Shown here piece by piece: positions 62,130 to 64,000 of a stretch of DNA of 64,000 nt. The notes below the pieces were generated by a model. The model worked only from the letters and a program-made list of their open reading frames with translations, searched no databases and had not been told where the DNA came from. This DNA comes from an uncultured delta proteobacterium. Its GTDB lineage: Bacteria; Desulfobacterota; RBG-13-43-22. Position numbers and translations under genes: made by a program. The DNA is taken from positions 64,001 through 128,000 of the forward strand of contig CAWDKY010000028.1 of the NCBI GenBank assembly GCA_963802945.1, in the 5' to 3' direction. Each line of letters opens with the position of its first letter. Within the stretch, counting starts at the first letter, position 1.

Positions 62130-63275
62130 ATGGAAATCGCTCAGCTAAAGGTCTATCAAATCTCTCTTCCTTTTCAAATGGATATTTCTCATGCCTTAAC
62201 TAAAGCTGCTTCTGCGGACAATATTGTTGTCGAAGTGATTGCCGATGGAGGGAGAATAAAAGGCTACGGCGAAGGAACGCCGAGAAAATACGTCACCGGG
62301 GAATCTCAGCAAGAAGCAGTTGCCAATATCCATCAGATAATCCGGAAAAATTCATTCCCTTGGGAATTAAAGGATGTTTCCGAGATATGGAATTTCGTGG
62401 ATAGGCTTCACGACGAAAAAAAATACAACCCGGCTATTTGTGCCCTGGAAACGGCCTTATTAGATGCCTGGGGAAAGGATCAGGAGCGGAACCTAATCGA
62501 CTTTTTCCCTCACGATTATCTTGCCTCCAACATTTATTATGGCGGTGCATTTCCATTAGGAGATAACCGGAAACTTACCGAACGTTGTCTATTGATGAAA
62601 AAGATGAAAATAAATAAACTTAAGCTTAAAATGGGTAAGAATTTTAATACAAACCAAGAGGCGTTTGAGATAATCAGTCAGGTATTCGAGGATGATTATG
62701 ATTTAAAAATTGATGTTAATTGTGTTTGGAATAAAGACCTGGCCTTAAGGCATATCCCTCTTTTGAAAAAATACCGGGTAAAGGTTGTCGAACAACCCAT
62801 GATGCCGAACGATCCGGCTACGGCCGAATTTTCCGAGGCCCTTAAAGGCAGCGGGATCATCTTAATGGCCGACGAATCGGCTTGTTCTTTTGGAGATATA
62901 CAAAAAATTATTGAAGATGGATATTATAAAATGATAAATATCCGATTATCAAAAATGGGTGGTTTTCGAAAATCGCTTAAGGTAATCGAGCTTTTACGGA
63001 AGGAAAACCTTTTTTTCCAAATCGGCTGTCACCTGGGAGAATCAGGAATTCTTTCTGCGGCTGGCAGGATATTAAGTCTCCTCTGTCGCGATGCTCTTTA
63101 TTATGACGGATCGTATGATAGCCTATTATTAAAACAGAATATTACTACTGAAAATGTTTCTTTTGGATCGGGGGGTGAAGCTGGGCCGTTAAAAGGACCC
63201 GGCCTGGGTGTAACGATCAATGAAAAGAGTTTAAATCAACTAACGGTGGATCCTGTTCGTGTTATTAAAAGATAA
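62130..63275 (+). CDS. Enolase-superfamily (muconate cycloisomerase / dipeptide epimerase-like) enzyme
   Basis: GYGE, KLK, DVN, EQP, ADES and GPGLGV. Confidence 0.85.
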   Translation: MEIAQLKVYQISLPFQMDISHALTKAASADNIVVEVIADGGRIKGYGEGTPRKYVTGESQQEAVANIHQIIRKNSFPWELKDVSEIWNFVDRLHDEKKYNPAICALETALLDAWGKDQERNLIDFFPHDYLASNIYYGGAFPLGDNRKLTERCLLMKKMKINKLKLKMGKNFNTNQEAFEIISQVFEDDYDLKIDVNCVWNKDLALRHIPLLKKYRVKVVEQPMMPNDPATAEFSEALKGSGIILMADESACSFGDIQKIIEDGYYKMINIRLSKMGGFRKSLKVIELLRKENLFFQIGCHLGESGILSAAGRILSLLCRDALYYDGSYDSLLLKQNITTENVSFGSGGEAGPLKGPGLGVTINEKSLNQLTVDPVRVIKR

Positions 63276-63284
63276 AGACTGAAG

Positions 63285-63626
63285 ATGCCCATAGACTATT
63301 CAAAACTTTTTGACCGGGAAGCCTTGAAGAGAATTCTTGCCAAATACCGGAAAAGGATTCTGAAAGAGATTGATTCCGCAAAAGACCTCACATCCCTGCT
63401 TATGAAAGGAACCCAGAGAGGTTGGACGAAGGGTGAGCTCCTGAAAATTAAAACCCATTTTGTAATTCTGGGTAAAAAGATCCCCATATTTATGGTATTC
63501 CTTTTGCCGGGCGGCGTTATACTTTTACCTGTTTTAATTGAGGTGTTGGACCGTAGGAAAAACAACGTCCCTGTTTCTGAGGATCGCAGAAAGGCCCTCC
63601 AAAAAAGTTCACGAAAAAAACTTTAA
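63285..63626 (+). CDS. Small hypothetical membrane-associated protein (LETM1-like segment)
   Basis: IPIFMVFLLPGGVILLPVL hydrophobic hairpin; 9 bp after the enolase-family gene. Confidence 0.55.
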   Translation: MPIDYSKLFDREALKRILAKYRKRILKEIDSAKDLTSLLMKGTQRGWTKGELLKIKTHFVILGKKIPIFMVFLLPGGVILLPVLIEVLDRRKNNVPVSEDRRKALQKSSRKKL

Positions 63627-63639
63627 GGTAGGCAAAACG

Positions 63640-64000
63640 TTAAAAGGCTTCTCTTAGAAGATCCCGCTTGGTTTTCATCAATTGCTTGCTCAGTCTGATA
63701 GGATAGATACGAGGATTTTTAAAGCGTTTGAATTCGGAACCCAATTGTTCTAAATTTTGTCGACTATTTTCCTGTATCTTTTTTAAGGACGGTTTACGAT
63801 AAACCAATCGGCCTTCTCGAAAAATCGGAATCAGTAAATCCTGCCTTGAGAATTTGGGAGGAATAACCTTGCTGACATGGGGAGTGGTGGGATGATAAAC
63901 CCGCAATGGCTTTGTCTCTAATTTTTCTTCCTCCAGAAACATGACATCGCCTTGCATCAAACCCGAATCATCAAAAAACCGGATTACCTTTTTCATGCCG
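63640..64000 (-). CDS. pncB: Nicotinate phosphoribosyltransferase C-terminus (starts beyond the window)
   Basis: KKVIRFF..DLLIPIFREGRLVY..PSL..IQ..FKRFKNPRIYPIRLS. Confidence 0.75.
   Translation of the reverse strand, partial: GMKKVIRFFDDSGLMQGDVMFLEEEKLETKPLRVYHPTTPHVSKVIPPKFSRQDLLIPIFREGRLVYRKPSLKKIQENSRQNLEQLGSEFKRFKNPRIYPIRLSKQLMKTKRDLLREAF

Overview
The window looks like an anaerobic deltaproteobacterial (Desulfobacterota-like) genome segment; this placement is inferred from gene content only. About 1-39 kb is catabolic and transport DNA: Liv-type ABC transporters, acyl-CoA dehydrogenase, Fe-S proteins, a CooC-like ATPase, NDP-forming acyl-CoA synthetase, ETF-QO, enoyl-CoA hydratase, an SCP2-ADH-AOR-MoaD operon, argC and nudC. 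It is interrupted by a decayed integron at ~12.9-14.9 kb and by many REP/MITE-like elements. About 39-53.4 kb is a conflict island. It holds a TIR domain fused to an RNA polymerase alpha-CTD-like domain that has lost its DNA-binding residues, flanked by 191-bp direct repeats from a REP-associated tyrosine transposase. It also holds a ~7.2-kb frameshifted teneurin-like/RHS toxin gene with orphan cassettes; all three toxin tips are phospholipase A2-like and each has an immunity candidate. About 53.5-63.6 kb encodes a PAS-PAS-HD-GYP protein, a sigma54 response regulator and an acyltransferase / B12 radical SAM / V4R-like histidine kinase / enolase-family operon. Tandem TGCACA-N6-TGTGCA boxes and sigma54 promoters link this signalling module to the toxin gene and the phosphodiesterase, suggesting an undescribed signal-controlled toxin regulon. 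I recognised no rRNA, tRNA or CRISPR array. Several single-base frameshifts may be sequencing errors.
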